DNA from: Propioniciclava sp.
GTDB taxonomy: Bacteria; Actinomycetota; Actinomycetes; Propionibacteriales; Propionibacteriaceae
DNA length: 64,000 bases
Direction: 5' to 3'
Assembly: GCF_029977985.1 (NCBI RefSeq)
Contig: NZ_JARKOT010000015.1
Coordinates: forward strand, 9,056-73,055
Both the position numbers and the translations under genes were made by a program. Shown piece by piece: positions 39,087-52,392 of this stretch (its first letter is position 1; every line of letters starts with the position of its first letter). The notes under the pieces were generated by a model. The model saw nothing but the letters and a program-made list of their open reading frames with translations. It did no database searches and was not told the origin of the DNA.

Positions 39087-41209
39087 GCCGCTCCCACCTG
39101 GTCCATCAGCCACGCCAGCTGCCACGCGCGTTCGCGCCACGCCTTGTAGCGTCCGGAGACACCTCCGTGGCCGCCCGCCATTTCGGTGCGCAACAGGATC
39201 GGGTGCTCCTGCCCGTTGGTGGCGAAGTCCCGCAGCCGGGCGATCCACTTGGCGGGCTCGGTCACCTCCACCCGGGTGTCGTGGTAGCTCGTCGTCGCCA
39301 GGATGGCCGGGTAGGCCTGAGCAGCCACGTTCTCGTACGGCGCGTAGGTCTTCATGTAGCCGTAGACGGCGGGGTCGTGGAGCGGGTCGCCCCACTCCTC
39401 CCATTCCATGACGGTGAGGGGCAGGTCCGGATTGAGGATGGTCGTCACGGGATCCACGAACGGGACCGCCGCGTGGATCGCACGGAAGGCGTCCGGCGCG
39501 CTGTTGGCGACCGCACCCATGAGCAGGCCGCCGGCCGATCCGCCTTCGGCGGCGAGCCGGCCGGGAGCCACGTACCCCTGGGCGGCGAGCTCGCGTGCGC
39601 AGGCGACGAAGTCGGTGAACGTGTTGGCCTTGTGCAGTTCCTTGCCCGCCTCGTACCACGGACGCCCCAACTCCCCACCGCCGCGCACGTGTGCGATGGC
39701 GAACACCAGACCGCGGTCGAGCAGGCTGATGCGGCTCACGGCGAAGTGGGGGTCGATGGGGATCTCGTAGCTGCCGTAGCCGTAGAGGAGTCCCGGGGCG
39801 GTCCCGTCGACGGGCGTGTCGGAGCGACGCACGAGCGAGATGGGCACCCGGGTGCCGTCGTGGGCGGTCGCCCACAGGCGTTCGGCGACGTAGCGCGTCC
39901 GGTCGTAGGGCCCGTGTTCGGGGTGGTCGAGCACCGGCATCTCCTTGAGCAGCCGCCTCTCGCCGGTGTCGAGGCGGTACTCCCACACCGACGGCGGGGC
40001 GGTCAGCGACTCGTAGCCGAAGCGGATGCGGTCGGTGTCGGAGTCGGGCGCGTCCTCCGCGGCGACGTCGTAGATCTCCTCGTCGAAGGTGACCTCCGTC
40101 GCCGCCCCGAGTTCGCCGCCCGGCAGCCGGTCGAAGACCCGGACGCCCGGCAGCCCGTCCGTCCGGTGCGAGAGGACGACCGCGCGGTCGTAGACGGACA
40201 CGCCGAGGAGGCGCGTCGCCGGATCGTGCGGCAGGACGGTCTCCCACGCGGAGGCGTCCGTGGCGTCCAGGGTCGCGCGGCTGAGCATGAACTGGGGTGC
40301 GTCGTCGTTGTGGACGATCCAGAGGGCGTCGGGGCCGACCTCGACGGCGTACTCGACACCCTGGCGGCGCGGGGCGACGCACCGGGGCGCGGCAGTCGGC
40401 TGGTCGGCGGGGATGAGGTGGGTCTCGCTGGTGACCTTGCTGCCGAGCTCGACGATGACCCAGCGGTCGTCGCGGGAGGTGCCCAGCCCCATCCAGAAGC
40501 GCTCGTCGGGCTCGGTGAGGACGAGTGCGTCGGACGCCGCATCGCCGATCCGGTGCCGCCACACCTCGTGGGGGCGCCAGGCGGCGTCCAGACGCGTGTA
40601 GAAGAGCCAGTCGTCGCCGGCCCACGAACCGCCGGCACCCACGCCCCGGACCGGCCCGTCGATGATCGCGCCGGTGGCCAGGTCGAGGACGTAGAGGTCG
40701 TAGCGCTCGTCGCCGGTGAGGTCGACGGAGTAGGCGAGGCGGCGTCCGTCGGGGGAGACCTCCGACCAGCCGAGGGCGGTGTACGCGTGGCCCTCGGCGA
40801 TGAGGTTCACGTCGAGCAGCACCTGCTCGTCGGCGTGCGGTTCGGTCACGTCGGGAACGTCGTCCCGCGAGGTCGCCGGCAGGCGGCACGAGCGGGAGTA
40901 GTTCTGGCCTTCGGTCGTGCGCGTGTAGTACCAGTAGGCGGTGCCGTCGGAGTGCTTCACGTGCAGGGGTACGGACAGGTCGGTCTGCTTGGTGCGCGCG
41001 GCGATGTCGCCGTAGAGCTCCTCCCGAAGGGCGTCGAGATGGGCGGTCGCGGCGTCCGCCCAGGCGTTCTCGGCCTCCAGGTAGGCCACGAAGTCCGGGT
41101 CGGTCTTGTCGGCCATCCAGTGGTAGGGGTCGGCGACCGCGTCGCCGTGCACCTCCCGGACGTAGGGGCGTTGCGGCGCGTCGGGTGCGGTCAGCGGCGA
41201 ATCAGGCAC
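39083..41209 (-). CDS. ptrB: oligopeptidase B (S9A, protease II)
   Basis: DPYHWM, LYGYGSY, GGSAGGLL, VPFVD, EWEEWGDP, EPAKW, GHGG; -10 TACGCT 7 nt before GTG. Confidence 0.92.
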   Translation of the reverse strand: MPDSPLTAPDAPQRPYVREVHGDAVADPYHWMADKTDPDFVAYLEAENAWADAATAHLDALREELYGDIAARTKQTDLSVPLHVKHSDGTAYWYYTRTTEGQNYSRSCRLPATSRDDVPDVTEPHADEQVLLDVNLIAEGHAYTALGWSEVSPDGRRLAYSVDLTGDERYDLYVLDLATGAIIDGPVRGVGAGGSWAGDDWLFYTRLDAAWRPHEVWRHRIGDAASDALVLTEPDERFWMGLGTSRDDRWVIVELGSKVTSETHLIPADQPTAAPRCVAPRRQGVEYAVEVGPDALWIVHNDDAPQFMLSRATLDATDASAWETVLPHDPATRLLGVSVYDRAVVLSHRTDGLPGVRVFDRLPGGELGAATEVTFDEEIYDVAAEDAPDSDTDRIRFGYESLTAPPSVWEYRLDTGERRLLKEMPVLDHPEHGPYDRTRYVAERLWATAHDGTRVPISLVRRSDTPVDGTAPGLLYGYGSYEIPIDPHFAVSRISLLDRGLVFAIAHVRGGGELGRPWYEAGKELHKANTFTDFVACARELAAQGYVAPGRLAAEGGSAGGLLMGAVANSAPDAFRAIHAAVPFVDPVTTILNPDLPLTVMEWEEWGDPLHDPAVYGYMKTYAPYENVAAQAYPAILATTSYHDTRVEVTEPAKWIARLRDFATNGQEHPILLRTEMAGGHGGVSGRYKAWRERAWQLAWLMDQVGAA

Positions 41210-41337
41210 GGCCGACAGCGTAGCCCGGGCCCCCATTTGGGTGGGGGGGCGGCGACGTGTCAAAATGGTCGGTGCGCCAGCCGTTGACAAGTCCCGGACG
41301 GCGCACGCCCAGACAGAGGATGAACGGAGGGGCCCCG

Positions 41338-42797
<1,460 letters not shown>

Positions 42798-42798
<1 letters not shown>

Positions 42799-43301
42799 TG
42801 CACCCACGGATTCGGCCAGCGACCGTCCTCGACCTCGAGGCGGCGCTGGCGATGAAGGACGCGGCGTGGCGAGAGACCTACGGGGGTCTGGTCCCCGACG
42901 AGGTGCTCGCCGGGCTGGATGCGCGGCGTCCGGCTGCCGTGCAGCGGTGGGAGCAACGGCTGCTCGACGGCGCCTACCTGTGGCTCGCGCTGGACGGCGA
43001 CGACGTGGTGGGGGTCGCCTCGGCTGGACCGCGCCACGACGACGATGACGTGGACGTGCTCCTGGAGCTCCAGATGCTCTATCTGCTCGATCGCGTGAAG
43101 GGCACCGGTCTCGCGCAGGTGCTGCTGACCACGACGCTCGGGGACGTGGACGCGTACCTCTGGGTGCTCGCGGGCAACGAACGGGCGATCGCCTTCTACC
43201 GCAAGCAGGGGTTCGAGCCCGACGGTGCCACGAAGTCGGTGGCCGGCATGCCGGGAGAGGTCCGTGAGCTCCGCATGGTGCGGACGTCGTGGGCGGGCTG
43301 A
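42798..43301 (+). CDS. GNAT-family N-acetyltransferase
   Basis: IRPAT, WRETY, KGTGLA, LWVLAGNERAIAFYRKQGF; TGATG overlap with sigA. Confidence 0.88.
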
Positions 43302-43307
43302 GCCAGC

Positions 43308-43931
43308 TCAGCGGCGGCCGCGGCCGGGTGAGGGGCGGCGTCCGGCGCCGGCCCTGCGGGGCGTGTTCTGCCTGCGCGGCGCAGCCTTGGGCTGTGCCGT
43401 GGAGCGGGAGCTGTTCACCGTCCGCCCCCGGACGATGCCGATGAACTCCTGGAGCAACTCGCCGTCCGCTTCGGGACGGAACGCCAGCGCGATGCCGGTG
43501 GTGGGGGCGTCCGTGACGGGGACGACCACGAAGTCACGCCGGCTGTGGGAGCGTGCGACCGACATGGGCACGAGAAGCACGGCATCGCCGAAGACGGCCT
43601 CCAGGAGGGTGGCGTCGGTCACCTCGGATCGGATGTCCTCACCCTCGAGGTCGGCCAGGGTGAGCTCGTCGTACAGGGCGATCCCGTGGTCCTTGGACGC
43701 CCACGCGACGGTGACCTCCTCGTAGAGGCGGATCACGCGCAGCCCGGTCGTGTCCAGCGGCAGGCGCACGAAGCAGGCGTCCACGCTGCCCTCGTCGAGC
43801 ACCCGTCGCTGGTCGGCGTCGGCGACCGCCACCACCTCGAGCGCCACGCCGGGGAAGCGCGCCTCCCACCGCCCGCGCCAGGTGGTGAGGGTGACGCCGA
43901 AGACCTGCCCGATGCGCAGCACCTCAGCCAC
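43308..43931 (-). CDS. LysR substrate-binding-domain-only protein (no HTH)
   Basis: Begins at LRIG...PGVALE; FVRLP, LYEE, FIGIVRGRT.NSSR; basic C-terminal tail. Confidence 0.75.
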   Translation of the reverse strand: MAEVLRIGQVFGVTLTTWRGRWEARFPGVALEVVAVADADQRRVLDEGSVDACFVRLPLDTTGLRVIRLYEEVTVAWASKDHGIALYDELTLADLEGEDIRSEVTDATLLEAVFGDAVLLVPMSVARSHSRRDFVVVPVTDAPTTGIALAFRPEADGELLQEFIGIVRGRTVNSSRSTAQPKAAPRRQNTPRRAGAGRRPSPGRGRR

Positions 43932-44439
43932 GCAACACCTCCTCGAACGCCGCCAGGGCGTCCGCGGAGAAGAGGACGAAGCGCACGTCGTCGACGCCCG
44001 GGGCGGGGTTGGCCGAGACGGCGGCGACTGCGATGCGCGCGACCTCGCGGACGTCCCAGCCGTAGACGCCGGCGCTGACCGCGGGGAAGGCGAGGGACGC
44101 CGCGCCGAGCCCGGCGGCCACCTCCAGCGACCGCGTGAAGCAGGACACCAGCAGGGCCGGATCGGTCTGGCCGGCGTGGCGGTTCGGGCCGACGGTGTGG
44201 ACGACCCAGCGGCAGGGGAGGTCGAACGCCTCGGTGGCGACGGCGTCCCCGACCGGCAGTCCGTCCGGCAGGGTGGTGGCGCGTAGCTCGCGGCACGCCG
44301 CCAGCAGGCGGGGTCCGGCGGCGCGGTGAATGGCCCCGTCGACGCCGCCCCCGCCCAGCAGCGAGCTGTTGGCGGCGTTGACGATCGCGTCGACGCGCTC
44401 GTGGGTCAGGTCGCCCCGGTGGGCGGTGATGCTGCGCAT
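43924..44439 (-). CDS. macrodomain O-acetyl-ADP-ribose deacetylase (YmdB-like)
   Basis: GDLT, DAIVNAANSSLLGGGGVDGAIH, HTVGP, FPAVSAGVYG. Confidence 0.93.
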   Translation of the reverse strand: MRSITAHRGDLTHERVDAIVNAANSSLLGGGGVDGAIHRAAGPRLLAACRELRATTLPDGLPVGDAVATEAFDLPCRWVVHTVGPNRHAGQTDPALLVSCFTRSLEVAAGLGAASLAFPAVSAGVYGWDVREVARIAVAAVSANPAPGVDDVRFVLFSADALAAFEEVLRG

Positions 44440-44463
44440 GGGCCCATCCTGCCCCGAGGGCCG

Positions 44464-44490
44464 GGAATGCGGCAGGGGTGCGCCACGTTG
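44464..44490 (+). promoter_or_regulatory. ECF sigma (SigH/SigR-type) promoter for the LLM gene, probably leaderless
   Basis: GGAAT-N17-CGTTG, 7 nt before ATG 44498. Confidence 0.75.
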
Positions 44491-44497
44491 GTCTGAC

Positions 44498-45475
44498 ATG
44501 CTCTGCGTGCCGTTGTCCGTGCTCGACCTGTCACCCGTCCGCGCCGGCGGCACGACCTCGGACGCCTTCACCGACACCTTCGCACTCGCCGGGGCCGCCG
44601 ACGACCTGGGCCTGGCGCGGTACTGGGTGGCCGAACACCACAACATGCCCGCGGTCGCCGCGACGACCCCGCCGGTCGTCATCGCGGCCGTCGCGGCGCG
44701 CACGCAACGCATCCGCGTGGGCTCGGGCGGAGTCATGCTGCCCAACCACAGTCCCTACGTCGTGGCCGAGCAGTTCGCCGCGCTGGAGGCGATCCACCCC
44801 GGGCGCATCGATCTCGGCATCGGCCGCGCCCCGGGCGCCGATCAGGTGACCGCGTGGGCCCTGCGCCGCACGCAGGAGGGCCTCGGGCACGAGGAGTTCG
44901 ACGAGCACCTCCGCCTGCTGCGGGCCTGGCTGAGCCCGACGGGCGTCCGCACCGGCATGGGCACGACGCTCACGGCCACGCCCGCGGCGTCCAGTTACCC
45001 CGAGATCTGGCTGCTCGGCAGCTCGGACTACTCCGCGCGCCTGGCCGGACGCCTCGGCCTGCGGTACTGCTACGCCGCCCACTTCGGTCAGCTCGACCCG
45101 GCCGGCGTCCTCGCCCTGTACCGCGAAGCCTTCGTCGCGTCGGCCGAACTGGACGCCCCGTACGCGATGGTGTGCACCTCGGTCATCACTGCACCGACGG
45201 ACGCCGAGGCACAGTACCTGGCCGGCCCGTCACGGGTGATGTGGGCCAGCCTGCGCACCGGACGCCTCGGCCCGGTGGTCTCGCCCGAGGAGGCGGAGCG
45301 TCAGCTCGCCGGTCAGGACGTGGTGGGCGGCACCAAGCTCGTGGGCACGCCGGACGCCGTCCGTGCGGGACTGGAGGCACTGGTTGCCGACACGGGGGCC
45401 GCGGAGCTCATGGTGACCTCCACCGCGTACGACGTCGCGACGCGCATCGCGACGCTGTGCGACCTGGCCGGCTGA
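44498..45475 (+). CDS. luciferase-like (LLM class) flavin monooxygenase
   Basis: LSVLDL, WVAEHHN, GSGGVMLPNHSP, DLGIGRAPG, WLLGSS. Confidence 0.9.
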   Translation: MLCVPLSVLDLSPVRAGGTTSDAFTDTFALAGAADDLGLARYWVAEHHNMPAVAATTPPVVIAAVAARTQRIRVGSGGVMLPNHSPYVVAEQFAALEAIHPGRIDLGIGRAPGADQVTAWALRRTQEGLGHEEFDEHLRLLRAWLSPTGVRTGMGTTLTATPAASSYPEIWLLGSSDYSARLAGRLGLRYCYAAHFGQLDPAGVLALYREAFVASAELDAPYAMVCTSVITAPTDAEAQYLAGPSRVMWASLRTGRLGPVVSPEEAERQLAGQDVVGGTKLVGTPDAVRAGLEALVADTGAAELMVTSTAYDVATRIATLCDLAG

Positions 45476-45500
45476 GGCGCGGGGTCACCCGCAGACGCGA

Positions 45501-45528
45501 GAGCCCGGCACCCAACGGTGCCGGGCTC
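45501..45528. terminator. hairpin between the convergent LLM and small Cys/His genes
   Basis: GAGCCCGGCACC-CAAC-GGTGCCGGGCTC perfect 12-bp stem. Confidence 0.72.
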
Positions 45529-45549
45529 GCGAGTCTGGGGACGACGGGC

Positions 45550-45741
45550 TCAGGCGAGCTTGGCCGTTTCGTCGTGGATGTTGAGGGCGACCTGCTTGAG
45601 CTTGTCGCTGTGGGCGCGGCCGTGGTGGGCGCAGAACAGGAGCTCCCCACCGGAGGCCAAGGTGACCCGGTAGTAGGCCTGGGCGCCGCAGCGGTCGCAA
45701 CGGTCGGCTGCGGTGAGTCCGTCCAGCACAGTGGTGGTCAT
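45550..45741 (-). CDS. small Cys/His putative zinc-binding protein (63 aa; resembles the actinobacterial DUF7455 family)
   Basis: DRCDRCGAQAY...LLFCAHH; RBS AAAGGAAGG. Confidence 0.8.
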   Translation of the reverse strand: MTTTVLDGLTAADRCDRCGAQAYYRVTLASGGELLFCAHHGRAHSDKLKQVALNIHDETAKLA

Positions 45742-45779
45742 CGGCCTTCCTTTCTCGGCGGTCGTTCGGACACCTGATG

Positions 45780-45806
45780 CAACGCAGACGCCCGACGGGT
45801 TGTTCC
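45780..45806 (-). promoter_or_regulatory. ECF sigma (SigH/SigR-type) promoter for the small Cys/His gene
   Basis: GGAAC-N17-CGTTG exact match on the minus strand. Confidence 0.75.
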
Positions 45807-45917
45807 CGATGCTGCCAAGCTACCCGGCGAGCCCCCGGAAGACAGGCCCCGCCACACGATCGCAACACGAACGTGTCCTCGGCGGAACTGTCGGAGCACG
45901 CCGGTAACCTCCCTTGG

Positions 45918-48020
45918 GTGACCAGCACCCAAGCCAAGCCGTCGGCGAAGACCACCGAGCCACGCGAATACTCCGCGCGCCACCTGCTCGTGCTGGAGGG
46001 CCTCGAGGCGGTCCGCAAGCGCCCGGCCATGTACATCGGCTCCACCGACACGCGCGGCCTCATGCACTGCATGTGGGAGATCATCGACAACGCGGTCGAC
46101 GAGGCGCTGGCCGGGTTCGGCAAGAAGATCGTGGTGACGCTGCACCGCGACGGATCGGTCCAGGTCGACGACGTCGGCCGCGGCATGCCGGTCGACATCG
46201 AGCCGCGAACCGGCTTGTCCGGCGTCGAGGTGATCTTCACGAAGCTCCACGCGGGCGGCAAGTTCGGCGGCGGGTCCTACAACGCCACCGGCGGCCTGCA
46301 CGGCGTGGGGGCGTCCGTCGTCAACGCGCTCAGCTCACGCCTCGACGTCGAGGTCGACCGCAACGGCTCCACGTGGGCCATGTCGTTCCGCCGCGGCGTC
46401 CCGGGCGTGTTCGCAGGTGAGGGGCCCGACGCCCCGTTCACGCCCGACAACGCGCTGTGCAAGGTGAAGCGCGTCGCCAAGACGGTCACCGGCACCCGCA
46501 TCCGGTACTGGCCGGACCGGCAGATCTTCCTGGCCGACGCCAAACTGTCCGGCACCCAGCTCGCCCAGCGGGCCCGCCAGACCGCGTTCCTCGTGCCCGG
46601 GCTCGAGATCTCGATCGACGACCGGCGCGTGCCGGGCGAGGAACACGTCGACACCCACCTGCACTCCGGCGGCATCTCGGAGTTCGCCGACTTCCTCTCC
46701 GAGGGGGCTGCGGTCACCGATGTCCTGCGTCTCGGCGGGCACGACCGTTTCACCGAGACGGTGCCGATGCTGGACGCCGAGGGTGCGATGACGCCGACCG
46801 ACGTGGAGCGCGACCTCGAGGTCGACATCGCCCTGCGTTGGAGCGACACCTACGACACGAAGGTCGCTTCGTTCGTCAACATCATCGCCACGCCCAAGGG
46901 CGGCACCCACGTGCTGGGCTTCGAACGCGGCCTCGTGCGGGCGTTCGGCAAGGCGCTGGACGGTACGCGTCTGCTCAAGGCCGGCGAGGAGGTGCTCAAG
47001 GAGGACATCCTCGAGGGTCTCACCGCCGTGGTGACGGTCAGGCTGGCCGAGCCGCAGTTCGAGGGCCAGACGAAGGAGGTGTTGGGGACGCCCCCGGTCA
47101 CCCGGCTCGTCGCCCGGATCGTGGAAGCCGAACTGCTCGGGTTCCTGACCACCTCGAAGCCCTCCCAGCGGCCGCAGGCCCGTGCGGTGCTCGAGAAAGC
47201 GGTGGGGGCGTCCCGCACCCGCGTGGCCGCGCGCGCCCACAAGGAGAACCAGCGCCGCAAGAACGCCCTGGAGTCGAGCACCCTGCCGGCCAAGCTGGCC
47301 GACTGCCGCAGCACGGACGCCGACCGCACCGAGCTGTTCATTGTCGAGGGCGATTCGGCCATGGGCACCGCCAAGATGGCCCGTAACTCCGAGTTCCAGG
47401 CGCTCTTGCCCATCCGCGGAAAGATCCTCAACGTCCAGAAGGCGTCGGTGGGCGACATGCTCAAGAACGCCGAGTGTGCGGCGATCATCCAGGTGGTGGG
47501 CGCCGGCTCGGGGCGCACGTTCGAGCTGGACGCCGCCCGCTACGGCAAGATCATCTTCATGGCCGACGCCGACTCCGACGGCGCCCACATCCGCACCCTG
47601 TTGACCACGCTGTTCTTCACCTACATGCGTCCGCTGATCGAGGCCGGAAAGGTGTACACGGCCGTCCCGCCACTGCACCGCTTCGAGCTGACCCACCCGA
47701 AGAAGGGGCAGGAGAAGTACCTCTACACCTACTCGGAGGCCGAGTACCAGCGGAAGCTCGCGGAGCTCACCAAGAAGGGCACGGGCTTCAAGGAGCCGCA
47801 GCGCTACAAGGGCCTCGGCGAGATGGATGCGGACCAGCTCAAGGAGACCACGATGGACCCGCGGCATCGCACGCTGCGACGCATCACGGTCGAGGAGGGG
47901 GAGTCGCTGGAGCAGGCCATCGTCACGTTCGAGAAGCTCATGGGCAACGAGGTGGCCCCGCGCAAGGAGTTCATCATCGAGGGCGCCTACGCGCTCGACG
48001 CCGAACGCATCGATGCGTGA
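45918..48020 (+). CDS. parE: DNA topoisomerase IV subunit B (GyrB paralogue)
   Basis: GLEAVRKRPAMYIG, EIIDNAVDE, GLHGVGAS, EGDSA, DADSDG, RYKGLGEM; not in a dnaA-gyrB context. Confidence 0.9.
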   Translation: MTSTQAKPSAKTTEPREYSARHLLVLEGLEAVRKRPAMYIGSTDTRGLMHCMWEIIDNAVDEALAGFGKKIVVTLHRDGSVQVDDVGRGMPVDIEPRTGLSGVEVIFTKLHAGGKFGGGSYNATGGLHGVGASVVNALSSRLDVEVDRNGSTWAMSFRRGVPGVFAGEGPDAPFTPDNALCKVKRVAKTVTGTRIRYWPDRQIFLADAKLSGTQLAQRARQTAFLVPGLEISIDDRRVPGEEHVDTHLHSGGISEFADFLSEGAAVTDVLRLGGHDRFTETVPMLDAEGAMTPTDVERDLEVDIALRWSDTYDTKVASFVNIIATPKGGTHVLGFERGLVRAFGKALDGTRLLKAGEEVLKEDILEGLTAVVTVRLAEPQFEGQTKEVLGTPPVTRLVARIVEAELLGFLTTSKPSQRPQARAVLEKAVGASRTRVAARAHKENQRRKNALESSTLPAKLADCRSTDADRTELFIVEGDSAMGTAKMARNSEFQALLPIRGKILNVQKASVGDMLKNAECAAIIQVVGAGSGRTFELDAARYGKIIFMADADSDGAHIRTLLTTLFFTYMRPLIEAGKVYTAVPPLHRFELTHPKKGQEKYLYTYSEAEYQRKLAELTKKGTGFKEPQRYKGLGEMDADQLKETTMDPRHRTLRRITVEEGESLEQAIVTFEKLMGNEVAPRKEFIIEGAYALDAERIDA

Positions 48021-48037
48021 GGTTTACGATGCCGCGC

Positions 48038-48550
48038 ATGGACACCACACCCGAGCCCGACGGCGGCTTCGATGACCTCCTGAGGGCGAACAAGCGCTAC
48101 GCCCTGAGCGCGCCGCGTGGCTTCGACGGGATCGCGCACGAGGGCGTCCTCATCCTGACGTGCATGGACAGCCGCATCGAGCCGCTGGAGATGTTCGGTC
48201 TGAGGGTGGGGGAGGCGAAGATCCTCCGCACGGCGGGCAGCCGCCTCACGCAGGCAGCGCTGGCCGGGATGGTCATGGGTGTCCACAAGCTGCACGTAAA
48301 GCGCATCCTCGTCGTGCCGCACACCAAGTGCGCGGCGGCGTCCATGACGGAGGAGGAGATGCGGACGGCGATCACGGAGGTCTCGGGGGTCGACGTGGGC
48401 GACTTCGAGTTCGGCGTCGACCCCGACCAGCTCGACCGGCTGCGCGAAGACGTCGACACGGTGCGCAGCCACCCCCTCGTCGGCCCCTACGCGACGGTGG
48501 GCGGCTTCCTCTACGACGTGGACACCGGTCTGGTCAGCCATGAGTGCTGA
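48038..48550 (+). CDS. beta-class carbonic anhydrase
   Basis: CMDSR and HTKC zinc ligands; YDVDTG. Confidence 0.9.
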   Translation: MDTTPEPDGGFDDLLRANKRYALSAPRGFDGIAHEGVLILTCMDSRIEPLEMFGLRVGEAKILRTAGSRLTQAALAGMVMGVHKLHVKRILVVPHTKCAAASMTEEEMRTAITEVSGVDVGDFEFGVDPDQLDRLREDVDTVRSHPLVGPYATVGGFLYDVDTGLVSHEC

Positions 48551-49887
48551 GCGGCGGCGGCGTCCGTGGGGCGTCCTGACGCTCGACACCCCGCCGCTGC
48601 GCGGGGCGGACGCCCGCCTGGCCATCGTGGTCGGGGTGCTTGGGGCGGTCTTCCTCCTCGTGCCGCGCGGGCTCGGCTGGGTCGGCGACCACCTGTGGGC
48701 CGAGGACGGCGCCATCTTCCTCGCCGAGCAGCACTCCTTGGGCGTCAGCTCCTGGTTCGTCACCTACGGCGGCTACCTCCACCTCATCCCCCGCGCTCTC
48801 GCCACCGCGTTCGCGGGCGCGCCCCTGGAGGTCTACCCGAGCGTCATGCTCGCCTGCACGGTCGTGTTCCGGCTCATCGCCTACGGCTACGCGGCCCGCC
48901 TGTTCGCCTCCTACCTCGGGTCGGCCCGTTGGGGCATCGCGGCCGCCGCGGTCGGCGTCCTGTTCCTCCCGGTGGGGCAGTGGGAGGTGGTGGGCAACAT
49001 CACCAACCTCCGCTGGACCCTCGACGTGCTCGTCGTCGTGCTGCTCATGAGCGTCTTCACCCGCCCGGCCGCGGCGCTGTGGGCGGGGCTGCTGCTGTTC
49101 GGCGCGGCGATGAGCGATCCGCTCGTGATCGGCATGGCCCCGCTCGTGCTGCTGAGGCTGGTGGACGGACGCGGCTGGTCGCGTCTTCCCGCGCTCGCGT
49201 TCACGGCGGGCGCGATCGGCCAGGCCCTCCTCATGAAGGGCACCTCACGCACCATCCCCGAGGCGGAGAACTTCCTGCAGCACCCGGGCGACCTCGGCAT
49301 CCAGCTGGCCCTGCGGGGCCCGCTTTCGACGCAGTTCGGCGTCACCTGGGCATCCGAACAGGCGATCGGCGACGTTCGCTGGCTGTGGGCGGCGGTGGCG
49401 GGCACGGTGGTGATCCTGCTGGCCTCGCTCGGGGCGCGCCGCACCGGCGGGGTGGCGCCGGGGGCCCGGGTGGCGTTCCTCGTGGTCTGGGCGGGCGCCG
49501 GCCTGGCGCTGTTCCTCGCCACGATGGCTTTCGTGTCGATGCCGGCAGCGTCGGCCGACCGGTGGGACCTGATCGCGACGAACGTGCCGCGCTACACCGC
49601 GCTGCTCTGCTTCTTCCTCACGCCCGTGCTCGTCGCGGGGTGGCAGGCGCTGTGCTCGTGGCGGGGCGTGGGCCGGATCGCGCGGGTCGTCGCTCTCGCG
49701 AGCATGGTCGTGCTGGCCGCAGGCATGGTGCGCGACTTCGGCGGGTACCCGCTGCAGTACGACACCGAGTCGTGGCGCGGACAGGTCGCCGCGGCGCGGG
49801 CCCAGTGCGATGCTGGCGGCGGGCCGGCGCGGCTCACCTTGTCCCCGCACTGGTGGGGTCAGGTCGAGCGGGCTTGCGACGGGACGA

Positions 49888-49913
<26 letters not shown>
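48540..49913 (+). CDS. polytopic membrane protein, possible GT-C glycosyltransferase
   Basis: About 11 TM segments; first loop has LWAEDGAIF and YGGYLHLIPR; late PRY motif. Confidence 0.6.
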
Positions 49914-52341
<2,428 letters not shown>

Positions 52342-52392
52342 GCGCCTTCCCTTCCCCAGGTTCTGCTCCGGCCCATTCTGGCACCGGCGGGC

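Noticed and set aside
41255-41290. Candidate sigA promoter elements (CGTTGA; TTGACA at 41284)
   Set aside because: No properly spaced GGAA(C/T) or TANNNT partner was found, so it cannot be assigned
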